NCBI GenBank assembly: GCA_048128005.1
Contig: JBEUKZ010000137.1
Coordinates: 186,001 to 250,000, forward strand
From: Veleropilina oligotropha
Taxonomy: Eukaryota
Direction: 5' to 3'
Length of the DNA: 64,000 nt
The position numbers and the translations under genes are program-made. Below are positions 25,478 to 39,800 of the stretch, one piece after another. Each line of letters starts with the position of its first letter. Positions within the stretch are counted from its first letter, which is position 1. The notes beneath the pieces are model-generated. The model was not told where the DNA came from. It saw only the letters and a program-made list of their open reading frames with translations, and did no database searches.

Positions 25478-25826
25478 AATAATAATAATAATGTGAAGAT
25501 TTATCTGCGCTTTCCCACACATACGAAATGCGTGCTCAAAGCGCTTACATTATTATTCCTTGGTTATTGGCCTGTTCATTCATATTCCTTCTCAACTCTC
25601 TCTGAGAGTATTACGGTCAAGTACATGCCTGTTAGGCGCTTGACCAGTCATTCTGACATATTCTGCCACTGCCAACCAGGTACCCATTTAGATCTCAGAT
25701 CGGCTGGGTGAACCGAGGCAATATATGCTTTAATTCGTTGCCCCAGGGAAGTCGCCGGGATCGGGGTTGAACCCCAAACCTCTCGAGTGAGAGGCCAGTG
25801 CATCTACCACTGTACCACTGCTGCCC
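25478..25826 (-). mobile_element. tRNA-derived SINE, family D (Deu/Nin-like core, (ATT)n tail)
   Basis: Head with GTGGTACAGTGGTAGA and GGTTCAACCCC boxes, core TCACCCAGCCGA...AAATGGGTACCTGG, L2-like tail. Related fragments at 15440-15555 and 37700-37790. Confidence 0.75.
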
Positions 25827-25895
25827 CCTGGCCGACTAAAGTCGAGCCGGGGGCATAATAATAGCAAATGATATAGATGCCAAAAGTTACCTTAA

Positions 25896-28264
25896 CTCAT
25901 TGTGTACAAACCTCATTTTGTGACGTGGCCTTAGTGACGTCTTTATAGGCTGCTCCCCAGAGCTTGTGTGAGATGACGTCAATTATTGACTTTGTGCATA
26001 TAATTCATATCAACTTGGATTAAGTTACATTGTATGAATAAAGCTATGTATTATTTCTGTGTTGTACAAGCTGAATAAAGACTACTTTATTTATGTTTAG
26101 TTACTGTTTTCATGTTTCAATAAAGTTTATTATTTGGAATTGACTAATATCAGTGCATACTAACTGTTACTAGTAAGTGCAAATAAAATCTGCAATACGT
26201 TGTTATTATGGTTGTACGATAGTAAGTCTTGTTTACAACAATTTTTTATTGACAATATATATTTATCTTGTATTTTCATGATTTTAAAAAGAATATTTAA
26301 TTTAGAAGAATAGTGAAGTTGAAAATTTAACATGATATTCATATAATACTATTGCGAATGCAAATAGTAAATACAGCCATTGGGTCGAAGTTAACATCAC
26401 GCGTGTTTGCCGTTTTAAAATATCGCAAAAGTTTAACACAATCACATTGTAGAAAAAGTGTGTTAATAAATAAATAAATTATTTTCATATCGTTTTCAAT
26501 ATCTACAAATGTCAATAACATACAGCGATAGTTACATATACTAAATTTTAGTAAAATAAACATGAAAACACCTCACCGGTCCATTTTATTCCAACTTCCA
26601 AAACTTGTCCATTCTGAATAGGGCGATGGCGAATTCCCGATTTATAAACGCACGTATTTTCGTCGGGATAACTATTATATTGTTGACATAATTACCGAGA
26701 AAGTTAAAATAGCATTTAAAATTATCAATTGTTCAAAAATATGTCGAAAAGAACCTCTATCGTCAAATATAAAGCCAGCACCTTTAAACAGATCAGCATG
26801 ACCCAGAAAACAAGATTCGATGCAGTCAAAATGGCTGCATTAGTTATCGCCAAAACAAGGGAATCCCGATTTGACCCCAATGATTTCTGATGCTGTACGC
26901 TCGAAAATTGTTGTTTCGGATTTAAAGTAATGTTTAAGTATACATATTAATATTTATTATGATATTTTTAATATAAATAATAATGTATATGATGTAACAT
27001 CGATGTCTTCGAATCCACAATAAATGAACGACCCCCGTATCCGGGATCGCGGCATGACAAGCCAATTTATAATATGCTTAAAAGCTTAATCCTCATGCTT
27101 AGAAATACAATTTATATATTATTCGAACAATATTTAAGTAAAACTTGGAATGCATGGACTTGTAAAAACAATGCATAAAAAATACATCGCCATTTCACCC
27201 TAGGCCTAAATCGAAAGTAATACGGCGAATGTACTCACTTGGGTACATTCGCCGTATTGCTTTCGCCATATTACAAGGAAACTAAAATTAATACCGATAC
27301 ATTAATTTCGTTTATATTTATGGAGGAGGAGGAGGAATTATGCTTAATGTCCTGTATGTTTATAGCATCGAGGTTCAAGGCAGGACATGTCCGTGTTATC
27401 GCGGGAGAAAACCCCGGTTGCCGGGTAAACCCGCCCTCTTCGGCCAGTCACTGCCAACTGTGCTTCATAACTTGAACAAATGTGTGCTGCCTCAGCCGGG
27501 GGTCGATCCCACTACTGTTCGCGTCAGCGGAAACAAGCCAGTGAATTTAGAGTGGACACTCTACCCACTGCGCTACCGAAGCGGCTTTATTTATGGTAAT
27601 GGATCAATATTTTTGTTAAAGTATTCCATAATTCATTTTATTCAACAAAATGGATTTGTCACGATATAATAACTGCTTAACTTTCCTGGCGCAATTTTAT
27701 TGCCGCAAATTTAGACTACATTTTATATACGTTTTGTCGTAGCTTGGGTTGCATCTCGCGTCACACGGTATGGTATATGTTTAAACACATCACCAAACTA
27801 ATTAATATCAGCTATCATTCATCTTAAATCAACATTTTCTAGATATAATATTACACTGTGACATCTAGCTCTTTTAGTCTGACAAGTGTTCGTCGATCCT
27901 TCATTATAAGTTGTAAACAAAAGCGCGTCATGGTGTGATGTCACTGTCTGGCCAGTCACTGCCAGGTGTTAAATTTGACCCAGTTTCGCGGGTTTGCATA
28001 TGCTTAAATTATACTAGCCAATGAAAACAAAAACAAATTGACAAACAAGACTTAAAAGACATCGTTTTATTGGTCAACTGATAACACTTTTGCATGGAGA
28101 GCTACAGACTGTCGCAAATCAACGACTTTGAAACACGCGACGTCGGGCCCGCCTTTTGACGGGCTTGGGGATTATAGAGGGTGAAATTAGCACGTCTGTA
28201 GACGTGATTGGGGACTCGGCGCACATAAATACAACGTCAAAATGCGGGATTGGTACATAATGAG
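25896..28264. mobile_element. Non-autonomous piggyBac-like element
   Basis: TTAA|CTCATTGTGTACAAACCTCATTTTG.GACGT ... ACGTCAAAATGCGGGATTGGTACATAATGAG|TTAA. Confidence 0.7.
27322..27585 (-). mobile_element. tRNA-derived SINE, family A, nested in the piggyBac-like element
   Basis: Homology to other copies; TATTTATGG flanks on both sides. Confidence 0.8.
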
Positions 28265-28364
28265 TTAAGCAAGGCATATATATTAAATGACCATATTTTC
28301 ATTATTATATTAAAATTTATTCAATATCAATGCCAGAGTATCAGGTGACATCCATACAATAAAT

Positions 28365-31300
28365 AACAAGTGCTATCGATATAGCGGTATCCCCGCGTTA
28401 AAATTTTTTGTCAATATATGCAAGAAATGGATTTAGTACAATGTTTTGATGATATGGAGATTTTTGATCGAAATTGGTCTTTAATCCCTAGATCTATCAA
28501 CCAGCATATACATGTATAAAATATATCTTGAGCAGCACACATGCACTAATTGAATAACTTTGTCCAAACTTGAAAATGTAACACATTATTTGTGTTAAAT
28601 TAATCAAAATTTATATGTCCAAATACACAAATTTAACACAGTTACCGTATGTGTTAAAATGAATGCAACATCACTGCCAGAGCAGCATGTAGCATCACAA
28701 TGTCAACCCATATGCACTCACTGAAAAATAGACAGCCGCCCGGCTATCAGGAACCCCAGCCTTATATAGCAATCAGACTGCCATATAAAATCTGTGATCT
28801 TGACCTTGCCAGTAGCCCTTGGCTAAACACTGTGCTAACTGTCCATCATGAAGAAGTTCGGATGAAAAAATAATTTAAAAGAAAGAAAAAATTGTGAGTA
28901 TATTTAGACCTCTGTGACCTTGACCTTTGACCAAAGGCCATTACCGGCCCGGACAAAATTTAAGGGTCAAAGGTCATTGCCGCAATGTCAAAGGTCATTC
29001 ACATGAAATTTCGCCACCATGGCCTAGCGTATGATAGGGTAGTTAGCATACCATATGAAATCAAGGTAACATGTTTGGTAGCCGAGATATAGACCGGACA
29101 ACATTGCAAATTGCGAATATATTTTGACCTCTGTTACCTTGACCTTTGACGAAAGGCCATTTTTCGTATTTGTTATATGATGTACTAACCCTAAAGGAAT
29201 AGTTTGGCGCCGAAAAATAAAAAAATTACGAAAAATAAAAAAAATCTAAAATAGAAAATTTGTGAATGTCACTACGCAGAGGTCAAAGGTAAAATGATCC
29301 AAATTTTACTCCCATGCACAGGTTTGAAGTATAGGCAACACATATAAGAAAAAATGAGAAGGCTAACATGTTTGGTCTCCGAGAACCGGCCCGGACAAAA
29401 TTTAAGGGTCAACGGTCATTGTCGCAAGGTCAAAGGTCATTCACGTGAAATTTCGCCACCATGCACTAGCGTATGACAAGGGTAGTTAGCATACCACATG
29501 AAATCAAGGTAACATGTTTGGTAGCCGAGAAATGGGCCGGACAACATTGAAAATTGTGAGTATATTTTGACCTCTGTGACCTTGACCTTTGACCAAAGGC
29601 CATTTTTCGTATTTGTTATATGATGTACTAACCCTAAAGGAATAGTTTGGCCCCGAAAAATAAACAATTATGAAAAATTTAAAAAATCTAAATATAGAAA
29701 ATTTGTGAAGGTCACTACGCAGAGGTCAAAGGTCAAATGATCAAAATTTTACTGCCATGCACAGGTTTTAAGTATAGGGAACACATCTAAAAAAAAATTA
29801 GAAGGCTAACATGTTTGGTCTCCGAGAACCGTCCCGGACAAAATTTAAGGGTCAAAGGTCATTGCCGCAAGGTCAAAGGTCATTCACGTGAAATTTCGCC
29901 GCCATGCACTAGCGTATGACAAGGGTAGTTAGCATACCACATGAAATCAAGGTAACATGTTTGGTAGGTGAGAAATAGGCCGGACAACATTGAAAATTGT
30001 GAGTATATTTTGACCTCTGTGACCTTGACCTTTGACGAAAGGCCATTTTTCGTATTTGTTATATGATGTACTAACCCTAAAGGAATAGTTTGGCGCCGAA
30101 AAATAAAACAATTACGAAAAATTAAAAAAATCTAAATATAGAAAATTTGTGAAGGTCACTACGCAGAGGTCAAAGGTCAAATGATCAAAATTTTACTGCC
30201 ATGCACAGGTTTTAAGTATAGGGAACACATCTAAAAAAAAATTAGAAGGCTAACATGTTTGGTCTCCGAGAACCGGCCCGGACAAAATTTAAGGGTCAAA
30301 GGTCATTGCCGCAAGGTCAAAGGTCATTCACGTGAAATTTCGCCGCCATGCACTAGCGTATGATAAGGGTAGTTAGCATAACATATGAAATCAAGGTAAC
30401 ATGTTTGGTAGCCGAGATATAGGCCGGACAACATGAGCCGCCCGTCCGCCCGCCCGTCCGCCCGCCCGCCCGTCCGCCCGCCCGCCCGACCGCCCGCCCG
30501 CCTCGGGCGATGACAATAACCCCAGCTTTTTTTTAAGCTGGGGTTAAAAACATTTAACCAGAAACTTTCAATAAAATTTCACAGAATATTTAAATTAAAT
30601 TATAATCAATATAACTGTAACAATAGCAGGTAACAACTATGTAGCATACACCAATGCATATGCTTGCAACAACATGTCTTGATCAATCAATATGCGGTAA
30701 TTGAATAAGTTAAACCAAAAATGTTTACTAAATTTCTGTCGAAAAACATTTTATTTTATTTTAAATTTTATTAAATATCACTTCCAGAATAGCAGGTAGT
30801 GTCAATATGGCCAACACCAGAGAATATGCATTAAAAAGTGCTTTATTAAACCTATATGCCATATTCAAAAAACTTTAACCTAAAAAATGTAACTAAACTT
30901 TTTACATAAAAACATCAATTTCACAAATTATTTATATTTAATTTTGTTCAATATCACTGCCAGGCTAGCAGCTAACATCAATATAGCCAGCAACAAAGCA
31001 TAAGTGTGCAAACAAGTTCAATGATCATATATTGTATAAGAACTCTTTGAAAAACTTTAACCTAAAGATTTTCACTAAATTTCTATGTCCCAAAACACCA
31101 ATTTCATGCATTATTTATATAAAATTATAATGTAAATCTTTGACAGAGTATCAGGTCACATCCATATAACCATTACTAAAGCTTGTATATGTCGAAATGT
31201 TCAATGAGCAATCGATATACACTCAAAAGAAGAATTTAACCGAAAAATGTCTATGTTCAAAGTGCTTTTTTCACAACTAAAGGCTAAACATATCTACTTT

Positions 31301-32462
31301 CTATCTAAATAGGTTTAATCGAGTTATTCATCCATTAAATGCATGTAATACCTCATCCAAAATCGTTAACCAAAAGTGTGACCGGACGGACGCTATCCCA
31401 ATATCCCCCTTCGGCTTTTTCCTTCGGAAGCCGTGGGGGATAATTAAAAGAAGGTAACATCAATATAGCCAACACAAAAGGATTATGTATCTTGACCAAC
31501 CCATATGCACTCACTGACAAAAATTAATAACCAGAAACATAACAGAAATTTGTCAAAAAATTCCAATTTCACGGATTATTTAAATTAAATAATAATCAAA
31601 CGTAAGCATAGCAGGTAACAACAACTACATAGCATACATCAATGCATACATTTGCAAAAAATTGCATTGAAAACTTGAACCGAAAATTTTAGATAAAAAT
31701 CTGTCAACAAAAAACAGCAATTTCACAAATTATTTATTTAAATTTTATCAAATATCACTTACAGGCTAGCAAGTCGTGTCATCTAGTCACACCAAAGCAT
31801 GTATTATGCATTAAAAAGGTGCTTTAATGAATCTATATGCAATCATAGAAAAACTTTAAACAAAAAAATTTAACTAAAATTTCTATATCAAAAAGCAATA
31901 ATTTCACAAATTATTTATATTAACTTTCGTTCAATATCGCTGCCAAGCTAACAGGTAGGATTAATATAGCCACCAACAAAACATATGTATGTAAAAATGT
32001 GCCATAAGCAAACTACATGCACTCTTTGAAAAACTTGAACCAGAAACTTTTAACTAAATTTCTATGTCCCAAAACACCAATTTATGCATTATTTATATAA
32101 AATTATAACGTAAATCATTGCCCGAGTATCAGGTCACATCCATATAACCATTTCTAAAGCTTATATATGTCAAAATGTGCCTTGAGCAATCGATATATGC
32201 TCAAAGAAAAACTTTAACCTAAAAATGTCCATGTTCAAAGTGCTATTTTTTCACAAAAAAAAAAAAAATATCGTTTTTGTTTCCAACTAAAGGCTAAACA
32301 TGTCTACTTTCCAACTGAATAGGTTTGATTGAATTACTCATGCATTAAATGCATGTAATACCTGATCAAAAAACTTTAACCAAAAGTGCGACCGGACGGA
32401 CGGACAGAGGCTATCCCTATATCCCCCTTCGGCTTTTTCCTTCGGAAGCCGCGGGGGATAAC
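28365..32462. mobile_element. HINE-like family B composite with two terminal hairpins (~31442 and ~32462)
   Basis: Homologous to 11342-12619 at the start and at both ends; may be one copy nested in, or tandem with, another. Confidence 0.7.
28724..30549. mobile_element. HINE-like element with ~443-bp tandem units, nested in family B
   Basis: AACCCCAGC sub-TIR; CCGGACAAAATTTAAGGGTCAA recurs at ~28949, 29391, 29835 and 30278; (CGCC)n; hairpin AACCCCAGCTTTTTTTTAAGCTGGGGTT. Confidence 0.8.
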
Positions 32463-32878
32463 AAAGCATATATATATGCCATAAAGTCCTTTAAATCTTT
32501 CATCACTGAGTATTCCAGAGAACAATAGTCATACACACTGAATAAATATGCTGTCTGAATTCCCGACATATTTATCGTATAACTTATGTGATATCAACAG
32601 TTTCCATTGGATAACTTTATGGAAAATTATATATTTTTATGATCTAGGGATATAATGGGGATATTTATAAGTATATTTAAGTATAAATTTTTTACTCACT
32701 AACTTAATTACAGATGAGATGAGGCAGATATATATTTATGAAATAATGCCGTCATTTATATGATTTAGGTATTTGTTCGTTGGTCACTTGCATAAATAAT
32801 CATTTTATGAATACAATTTAAATAAAACATTGAATAACCTAACAGTAACTTTCAAAATGAATTATGTATCATTATTAC

Positions 32879-33179
32879 TACTAGCAATGGTACCCGTCTT
32901 CGCCGGGTAAGTCCCCCCAGCCCAAATTTTTTTTTTTTTTTTTTGGATAGTGCTCCCTTTTTTTTTTTTTTTTTTTTTCTCGATTATATTAAAAATGATA
33001 GTAAATATTTATTTTTTTCGCGAATTTTCCGAATTTTTTTCGTGGTAAACCTTCCTTGGGGGACCCCGATTAACCCCCCAAAGTTTGAAGGTCCTAGGTC
33101 AAAGCGTCTGGGAGGAGTTCAACTTGAAACAGACAGACAGACAGACACACATACAATTATAGCTCCATTATATTAAGAT
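32879..33179. mobile_element. Short DINE/HINE-like element
   Basis: ACTAG...TACCCGTCTTCGCCGGG start, (ACAG)n, TATATTAAGAT end; second copy at 41977-42232. Confidence 0.75.
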
Positions 33180-33235
33180 TAGTTGCATTGAAAATGCAGA
33201 TGAAATTTGACACTCTTGTGGCCAGAATAAAGTAA

Positions 33236-35932
33236 AACTAGAAATATATGTTCCCCGGAACATGGAATGCCCCCTGTATAAGCTTGCCAAGTGATATGAA
33301 TATTGGTTGTGTACATGACTAATAGGGAGAAATGTAACTGTACTTATTAATGTATAAGCAATAATTTTCCATTCAATATTCGAACTCATGACAGTTCAAA
33401 CTTATGCCTGTTAGCAAACAAAAGCAGAAGGAAGTGGTTTGAGATCAACTTCCAAAAAATAAATGACTTCCTTATATATAAATTATGCTCCATAGGCTAA
33501 GTCCAAAAACCCAATAAAACATGGAAATAATTAAAAAATTCGTTCAATATTTGAACTCGTGATAGATCAAACTTATATCTGTTAGTATACAAAAGCTGAA
33601 GGAAGTGGTTTGAGATCAACAGCAAAAATAATAGGTGACTTTCTTGGAAATAAATTGTGCTCCATAGGGCTATGTCCAAAAACCCAATAAAACATGGAAA
33701 TAATTAAAAAATTAATTCAATATTTGAACTCGTGATAGATCAAACTTATATCTGTTAGTATACAAAAGCTGAAGGAAGTGGTTTGAGATCAACATCAAAA
33801 ATAATAGGTCACTTTATTGTATATAAATTGTGCTCCATAGGCTAAGTCCAAAACCCCAATAAAACATGAAATAAATAAAATTTTCATTCAATATTCAAAC
33901 TCATGATACAGTGGAACCCGCTTATTTGCATAGCGCAATTGTCCCGCAAATATATTCGAATAAGCGGGCTATGCGTATAAGCGATATGGTAAAATAAACG
34001 ATGTTGAATATTGCGATTATCTCCCTTTGTACACAGTATCGTCAGCCCAATGTCGCAAACGAAGGTCCTTGTGGTATAAAGTATATTTAATTAGCACAAA
34101 TTGTGTGATAATGCTAATTAAGTTGGCTTTATTATGTACTGTATGTAATAATGTGTGTACCTTTACGTTATTTGTTCCAAACTGTGATTTCAATAAAAAT
34201 ATTGCGTGTTGTCTTGTTTTCAAATCGGAAGATTTACCAAGGGAGATAATTTGCTCTCTCAGCAAATAAACACGATGTCTGGTGTTAAATACTTTATTAA
34301 ATGCCTTCAACAATTACGATATCTTTTGATCAAGAAGTTCCACTACATGAAACTTGTCGGAAAGGGAAAGATCGTTACGTTTTCGTTTAGCCATTGTAAA
34401 ATAAAATGATGTTTTAATTTCATCTGTATTTATTAGGGCGTATGATTAAGAGAAGGATAATCCTTTTGTCATGTGTAGCTGGGATTGCTTGTTGGCGTTT
34501 CTTTCATATTGCTAAAGAGTAGGGAGTCAGCTTATGATCAGACGTTAGGTGCGATAATCCTTTTGTGACGTTGAGTTGTGATCATTTGTTTGCTTTTCTT
34601 TCATGTTGCTAGTGGTACACATTCTTTGGGACTACAAATTAATCTTATTTGGATTGGCATGTATTAAGAAGAATTAGTGTTTATGTCTTGCTTTCAAGTT
34701 TTTCTACAATGAAGCCGCCGTACAAAAGAAAATTTGTTGTTACAATGTATCATTGTCTCCATTGATCTGTAATCATGTATGCACAATGTTAATTTCGTAT
34801 TCATTATGATGTAAGCTGTGATCGTGTACAGTCTATGTATTCAAACAATTTCACCGACATTCGGCGACATTAAACATCTTTATTCGTGCCGAAGATTAAT
34901 TTACATGTAACTGAACTGATCACCATACTGATTAATAAAGATCGTTTCATGTAAGCCTAACTAGTACAAATGTACAAATGGAAATTAGACCGGAGATTAG
35001 GCTAATAGCCATGACAATAATATAATTTAAAACATTATTTAAAAACAACGGACCATTTTTTCCCTGGCTCATTCTATTTGCGAAACAACAAATTATCTCC
35101 CTTAGATCAAAGGTAAAGTCGCATCGATTATCTCAGTAAAATGATTTCGGACATCAATTTCATTACAAAATCCCCCCAAAGTGCTGTTTATAATAGCAAG
35201 TAACAACAACGTACATAGCGATATTGTCATTTATTAGTTACATTCATTAATTCAAATATCTCAGTTGGCGATAATTTCAATATGGCGTCCACCATCCCAA
35301 TCTTCTTTGGTGTCGAATATTTCCGGTTTTTATCGGAAATAAAACGATGTTTGCCGAACTTCAACTTCGTAATATTGATCGACCTTTTCCGTTAGGAGCC
35401 ATTGTTTTGAAACAAGAGGTCGAAACGGATGCAAACACGCTAAAACTTTGACAGTTAGCGTTTGTTATACATCTTTACTATGACGTAGCAAGGTATAGTG
35501 GCAATTATGGAACTATTTGGCGCAATTTAACTGATTTATGGGCAATTATTTAGTGTTTTTTAAAATATGCTGTCGGAAATTTCTTATGCAAATAAGCGGG
35601 AATCGAATAATTATCAATGCGATTAACCGAATATTTGCATATGATAATAATAGTAAAATATTCTGTTCCCAGAGATTATATGCAAATAACCGGATTATGC
35701 AATTAAGCGATATGCAATTAAGTGGGATCCACTGTAGTTCAAACTTATATCTGTTAGTGTAAGAAAGTTGACAGCGGTGGTTACTTGTTATCATCAAAAA
35801 TAATAGGTGACTTTCTTATATGTAATTTATACTTCAGAGACCAAAAACATTGAAAAAATTAAAATATTCAATCAATATTCAAACTCATGATAGTTTAATC
35901 GTATATCTCTGCCCCTCCGGGGCGGGACAAAA
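33236..35932. mobile_element. HINE-like element with ~172-bp units, interrupted by a Tigger-like element
   Basis: AACTAGAAATATATG...GAATGCCCC start, tandem units at 33360-33905, end GCCCCTCCGGGGCGGGACAAAAA. Confidence 0.65.
33909..35734 (-). mobile_element. Internally deleted pogo/Tigger transposon
   Basis: TA|CAGTGGAACCCGCTTATTTGCAT ... ATGCAATTAAGTGGGATCCACTG|TA; frameshifted N-terminal HTH relic MAKRKRNDLSL/DKFHVVELLDQKIS at ~34390-34315. Confidence 0.8.
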
Positions 35933-36445
35933 ATGGTACTGTCAAGCCTCTAGATCTTACAGACATGTGACCGCATGATCACATAACATCGATGTTTAAG
36001 AATCTTGACTGGTTCCCAGTCAGGTACAGTATAAGTTAAAAGATTTTGGTATTCATGTTTTATTTTCCAATAGGACTTGCTCCAAAATACAACAGAGAGC
36101 TACTAAAAGACCAAAATCCAAGACAACACAAGGTGTCTGTACTGGTTGTAATTGAACCAACGAAAAGAAATACACTTGCTGATAGGTAATTTTCAAAATC
36201 TGAACTACTCCTTTGGAATAATCTACCAGAGCCATTGCAGATTATTATATTGAATTCAACACGACAGTTCAAATAGGCTCTGAAAACACACCCATTTGAC
36301 ACTGCCTGTGGCTATACGCTTTGGATAAATTCTGTCAGAAAGAGCTGCTATATAAATATTAACTTCACCTAAGTTAACGCCCGTCAGTTGCAGCTTGATT
36401 GTAATACTTTCATGAAGAGCTCAGATGGATTCTAGTGTAGAACAG

Positions 36446-37697
36446 GGCCCAGTTGTTCAAAACCCTGGATAAACTATCCCCAGGATAAGCCTATCCAGGG
36501 GATAAAATCGCTATCCAGTGGATAGCTATCCAGATTACGAATTTGCGGAGCAAACAAAAACACGTTTTTCCGTAATGGCGGAAAACTTTGAATTGAGGTC
36601 TTGTGATCTCGAGCTCGGACATCTCGCGAGACTTGGCGAGATCTCGCCGGGGGAACTTAGAGAGGGGGAGCAGGGGAGGTAATCGTAGTGTTTTGACTTA
36701 ATAAGTGCATAAATGTGACATTATTCACTATTTCCGGTTGGCGATAATATGACTATTATGGCAAGTGTAAGGACGTAAGTAAGTTTGTAACTACATATAA
36801 TTTAGTGAGTTTTTGGTCAAAATTTTACTTCACGAGACTAAGTGCAAAGTTGTCAAAAAAAATTATATTAAATTTGTAAAATAAATTCTCAATATTCGAA
36901 CTTAATATACCCCATGATGTGGTTAATAGACCTGTAAAGTTTCGGAAAGCTAGCATTTCTCTAAATCACCAAAAAAATGTGAGAAAATTGATCACATCTA
37001 TGCTTCCAGAGACTATGTTCAAAATCGCCGAAAAGTTGCCAAAATAACATAACTTTTCATAATAAATTACCAATATTCGAACTTGATCTACTCAATGATG
37101 TGGTTAATTGACCTGTAAAGTTTCGGAATGCCAGCATTTCTCAAAATGACAAAAAAAGATGTGAGAAAATCTGTGACGGACGGATAGCTATCCAGCACTT
37201 TATCCGCGGTTGTTCAAAGAACATTTATCCACAGGATAGCTATCCACTGGAAAAGAAGTTTGTCCACTGGATAATGTTTTGTTACCTGGGGCAACTATCC
37301 CATAATGCACATATTTAATGCAATGCTACTTCCAACATGTCGTCTGGTGAGGGAAATATTTATTAAGTATATTGGAGATTAGTAAGTGTAGAGTTCATAG
37401 AACCTTATTTGTCACTTTAAAAATCAATACAATATTATATACGGCATTTTCGTTACAATGTCGGCTTTGTTGATGTTTTGCATCATTATATTTGTGACGT
37501 ACGATGTCGATGATTGGATAACGTCGGTTACCCTTGGTTACTATCCAGTTGATAACGATTAACCCACCTATTACCTGTGGATAAAATTTATCCAGTGGAT
37601 AAGCTATCCACAGGATAAAAAAGTTTTGAATTTTATCCAGTGGACAAGTCAGATTTATCCAGTGGATAGCTTATCCAGGGTTTTGAACAACCGGGCC
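36446..37697. mobile_element. PIF/Harbinger-like MITE with a foreign insert
   Basis: TIR GGCCC(A/G)GTTGTTCAAAACCCTGGATAA, CAG flanks, many TATCCAGTGGATA repeats. Confidence 0.8.
36538..36800 (-). mobile_element. Solo fragment of the DIRS 5' terminal repeat
   Basis: Closely matches 57463-57720. Confidence 0.85.
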
Positions 37698-37877
37698 CAG
37701 GTTGACAACCAGGGGTAATTATGTGATAGCGCTGTGAGCGTGCATGCATGGGCAGATATGGCACAATATAAATGTCCATTATTATTATTGTTAAATTGAT
37801 TGAACTGCAAATGATAGCACAATATATGACAACAGTTGTTTATGTGGACATACACACATATCTATTCAGTTACATAC

Positions 37878-38014
37878 TCAACAGGCATAAGAAGGTTGTT
37901 CGTTGCAGACAAGCTTAGGAAATCGTTGACTGCCTCGACCTTGTTATCCGCTGCGTAGTTAAACATACCCCGCAGATAAATGTAGGATGCTCTCTGCTGG
38001 AGGTCCCGACAATC
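37878..38014 (-). CDS. DENND3: DENND3-like exon (DCRDLQQRASYIYLRGMFNYAADNKVEAVNDFLSLSATNNLLMPV)
   Basis: CAG acceptor, GTATGT donor, 137 nt, phase 0/2; YLRG motif. Confidence 0.85.
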
Positions 38015-38119
38015 CTGAAAATAAACAGGAGGTCACAGAAGTCTTGCCTATAAGACAGGGCATACAATAGGGTGCATTGAGAGCTAACCAAAGGATAAAT
38101 TTTGTTAACAGACAATAGC

Positions 38120-38402
38120 TGTCGTGCAGTCGTGGCTCAGTGGATTGTTCGCAAGACTCAGCGATTTCACTTGGGCAAGAAAATAAGCAGTTCACCCAGC
38201 CGACCTAAATGGGTACCTGGTCGGTGTTATAATTAGCTGTAGCGCATATCATTGGCAGCTTCACTGAAATGCCATCAAAAAGAGTTGAGATGCATGGGTT
38301 CTAGATCAGAACAGGCCGATAACCAGGGGAAATTATGTGCTAGCGCTGCGAGCATGCATTTGTGGTCGAATACGGCGCAATATAAATGTTCATTATTATA
38401 TT
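38120..38402 (+). mobile_element. SINE family D, diverged and internally deleted
   Basis: GTGGCTCAGTGG box A, TCACCCAGCCGACCTAAATGGGTACCTGG core, GCGCAATATAAATGTTCATTATTA tail. Confidence 0.7.
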
Positions 38403-39042
38403 AGATGGGTTAAAAGCCTTGTCTATATGCATGATAGTAGCTAAGGGTAACAGATACTGATAACGTTATCCAATCGTTGATATCATAGCTCAACTACAAT
38501 GACGTGCAAAGTCACCACAGAATTAAATGCCAACTAAATAATGTTTAACAATGTCTACTTATTATCAAACGTACTTTGACATCATAGGCAAAATATTGAT
38601 CCAGATTTAGATAGCGTACTTTAGCTATGAGCATAGCATTATTTTGCTGCTGTTGGTGACAGAGTTGGAACATTTCGCCTATAACGTTGATAAATGATGT
38701 TCAATAAATTTCACGTCTTACTGTTTTCCAGGATACCAAATTATGTATTGTAGATCTTTTCTGAGCAGACATCATGTTGAAAAGATGCATTATGGGCAAG
38801 TTGCCCTTAGCAACATAACTTGTGTGGGATCAACCTTCAGGAAATATACTATCAACTGGAAAATTTTGACAATTTACGGTGAGAAATCACCTCTACTGCA
38901 TTCTGACGGTGTAAAACGCAACATTTCTTACCTTTAAAATTGTGACTGGTAACATCAGTGGGGGTCCGGACCCCCACAACCCCCCGCCAGGATTCGACCT
39001 TGATCAAGTGGATAAATTCCCTATCCAGCCCTGGTTGCATAC

Positions 39043-39196
39043 CTTCAGCAGCAGCGACAGCTCCTTCAGACACGTCTGGATGTACTCGTCCGTGTCCTTC
39101 AATGGCGGCAGCTGGAAGGCGGTGGTCTCCACGAGGGTCGCGAGAGGCGACACGAAGTGAGACACGGAAAACGTGCGGGTAGAATGCCGTCGAGCC
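39043..39196 (-). CDS. DENND3: DENND3-like exon (ARRHSTRTFSVSHFVSPLATLVETTAFQLPPLKDTDEYIQTCLKELSLLLK)
   Basis: CAG acceptor, GTATGC donor, 154 nt, phase 2/0. Confidence 0.85.
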
Positions 39197-39539
39197 CTGT
39201 CAGAACAATGGCCACAAATTTTAACAATGTATATGAATTTTAATTGATTTATCGCGCCATTTTCTTGTTTTAGATGTATATTTTGAAGAAAGACATCGTT
39301 CTATTGATTTTATGTTAATTTTATTATTCCGCTTTATTCCGCTGACGCAAACAGTAGTGGGTTCAAACCTCGGCTGGGGCAGCACACATTTGTTCAAGAT
39401 ATGAATAACAGTTGTCCATAACTGGTCGGAGAAGGCGGGTTTTCCCGGGCGACCGGGCTTTCCCTTCGCTATAATATGGACATATACTGCTTTAAACCAA
39501 ATGATGGTTGGAAATATATTTGGCCCAGGCATATATTTA

Positions 39540-39800
39540 TGTTATATGCATAGTATGTATATGTATTTTAAGTGTTTCGGTCTGTATTGTTTTTATCACC
39601 TGTGAGTGTGTGTGTGTGTGTCATTGGACCTTGACTGATTGTGTGATGATGCAACCATTTGGTCAACCTTTGGACCCGTCTACCTTGGTTCTTAAAGGGG
39701 TGTTGGGTTGTTCTTGTGATCCGCTCAGAGTGTGAGCCAGAATTGGTAGTATGTACACAACCTGCAAGATTGGTAGCAGACCATAGCAGAGGACCGATGA
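39540..39800 (+). mobile_element. Possible LTR relic with a tRNA-iMet-like primer-binding site
   Basis: TGTTATATG start and TGGTAGCAGA at ~39771; no coding remnant recognised. Confidence 0.35.

Larger units (their letters stand above)
23321..25858. mobile_element. HINE-like element, family C (~179-bp units), with nested insertions
   Basis: Starts AACTAGAAATGTG...GATGCCCCCGG, ends CCGGGGGCAT; units at 23580-24340 resume at ~25210. Confidence 0.75.

Noticed and set aside
36053..36302. Short ORFs as an additional host exon
   Set aside because: Exons 37878 and 22524 already join in phase; no recognisable motif.
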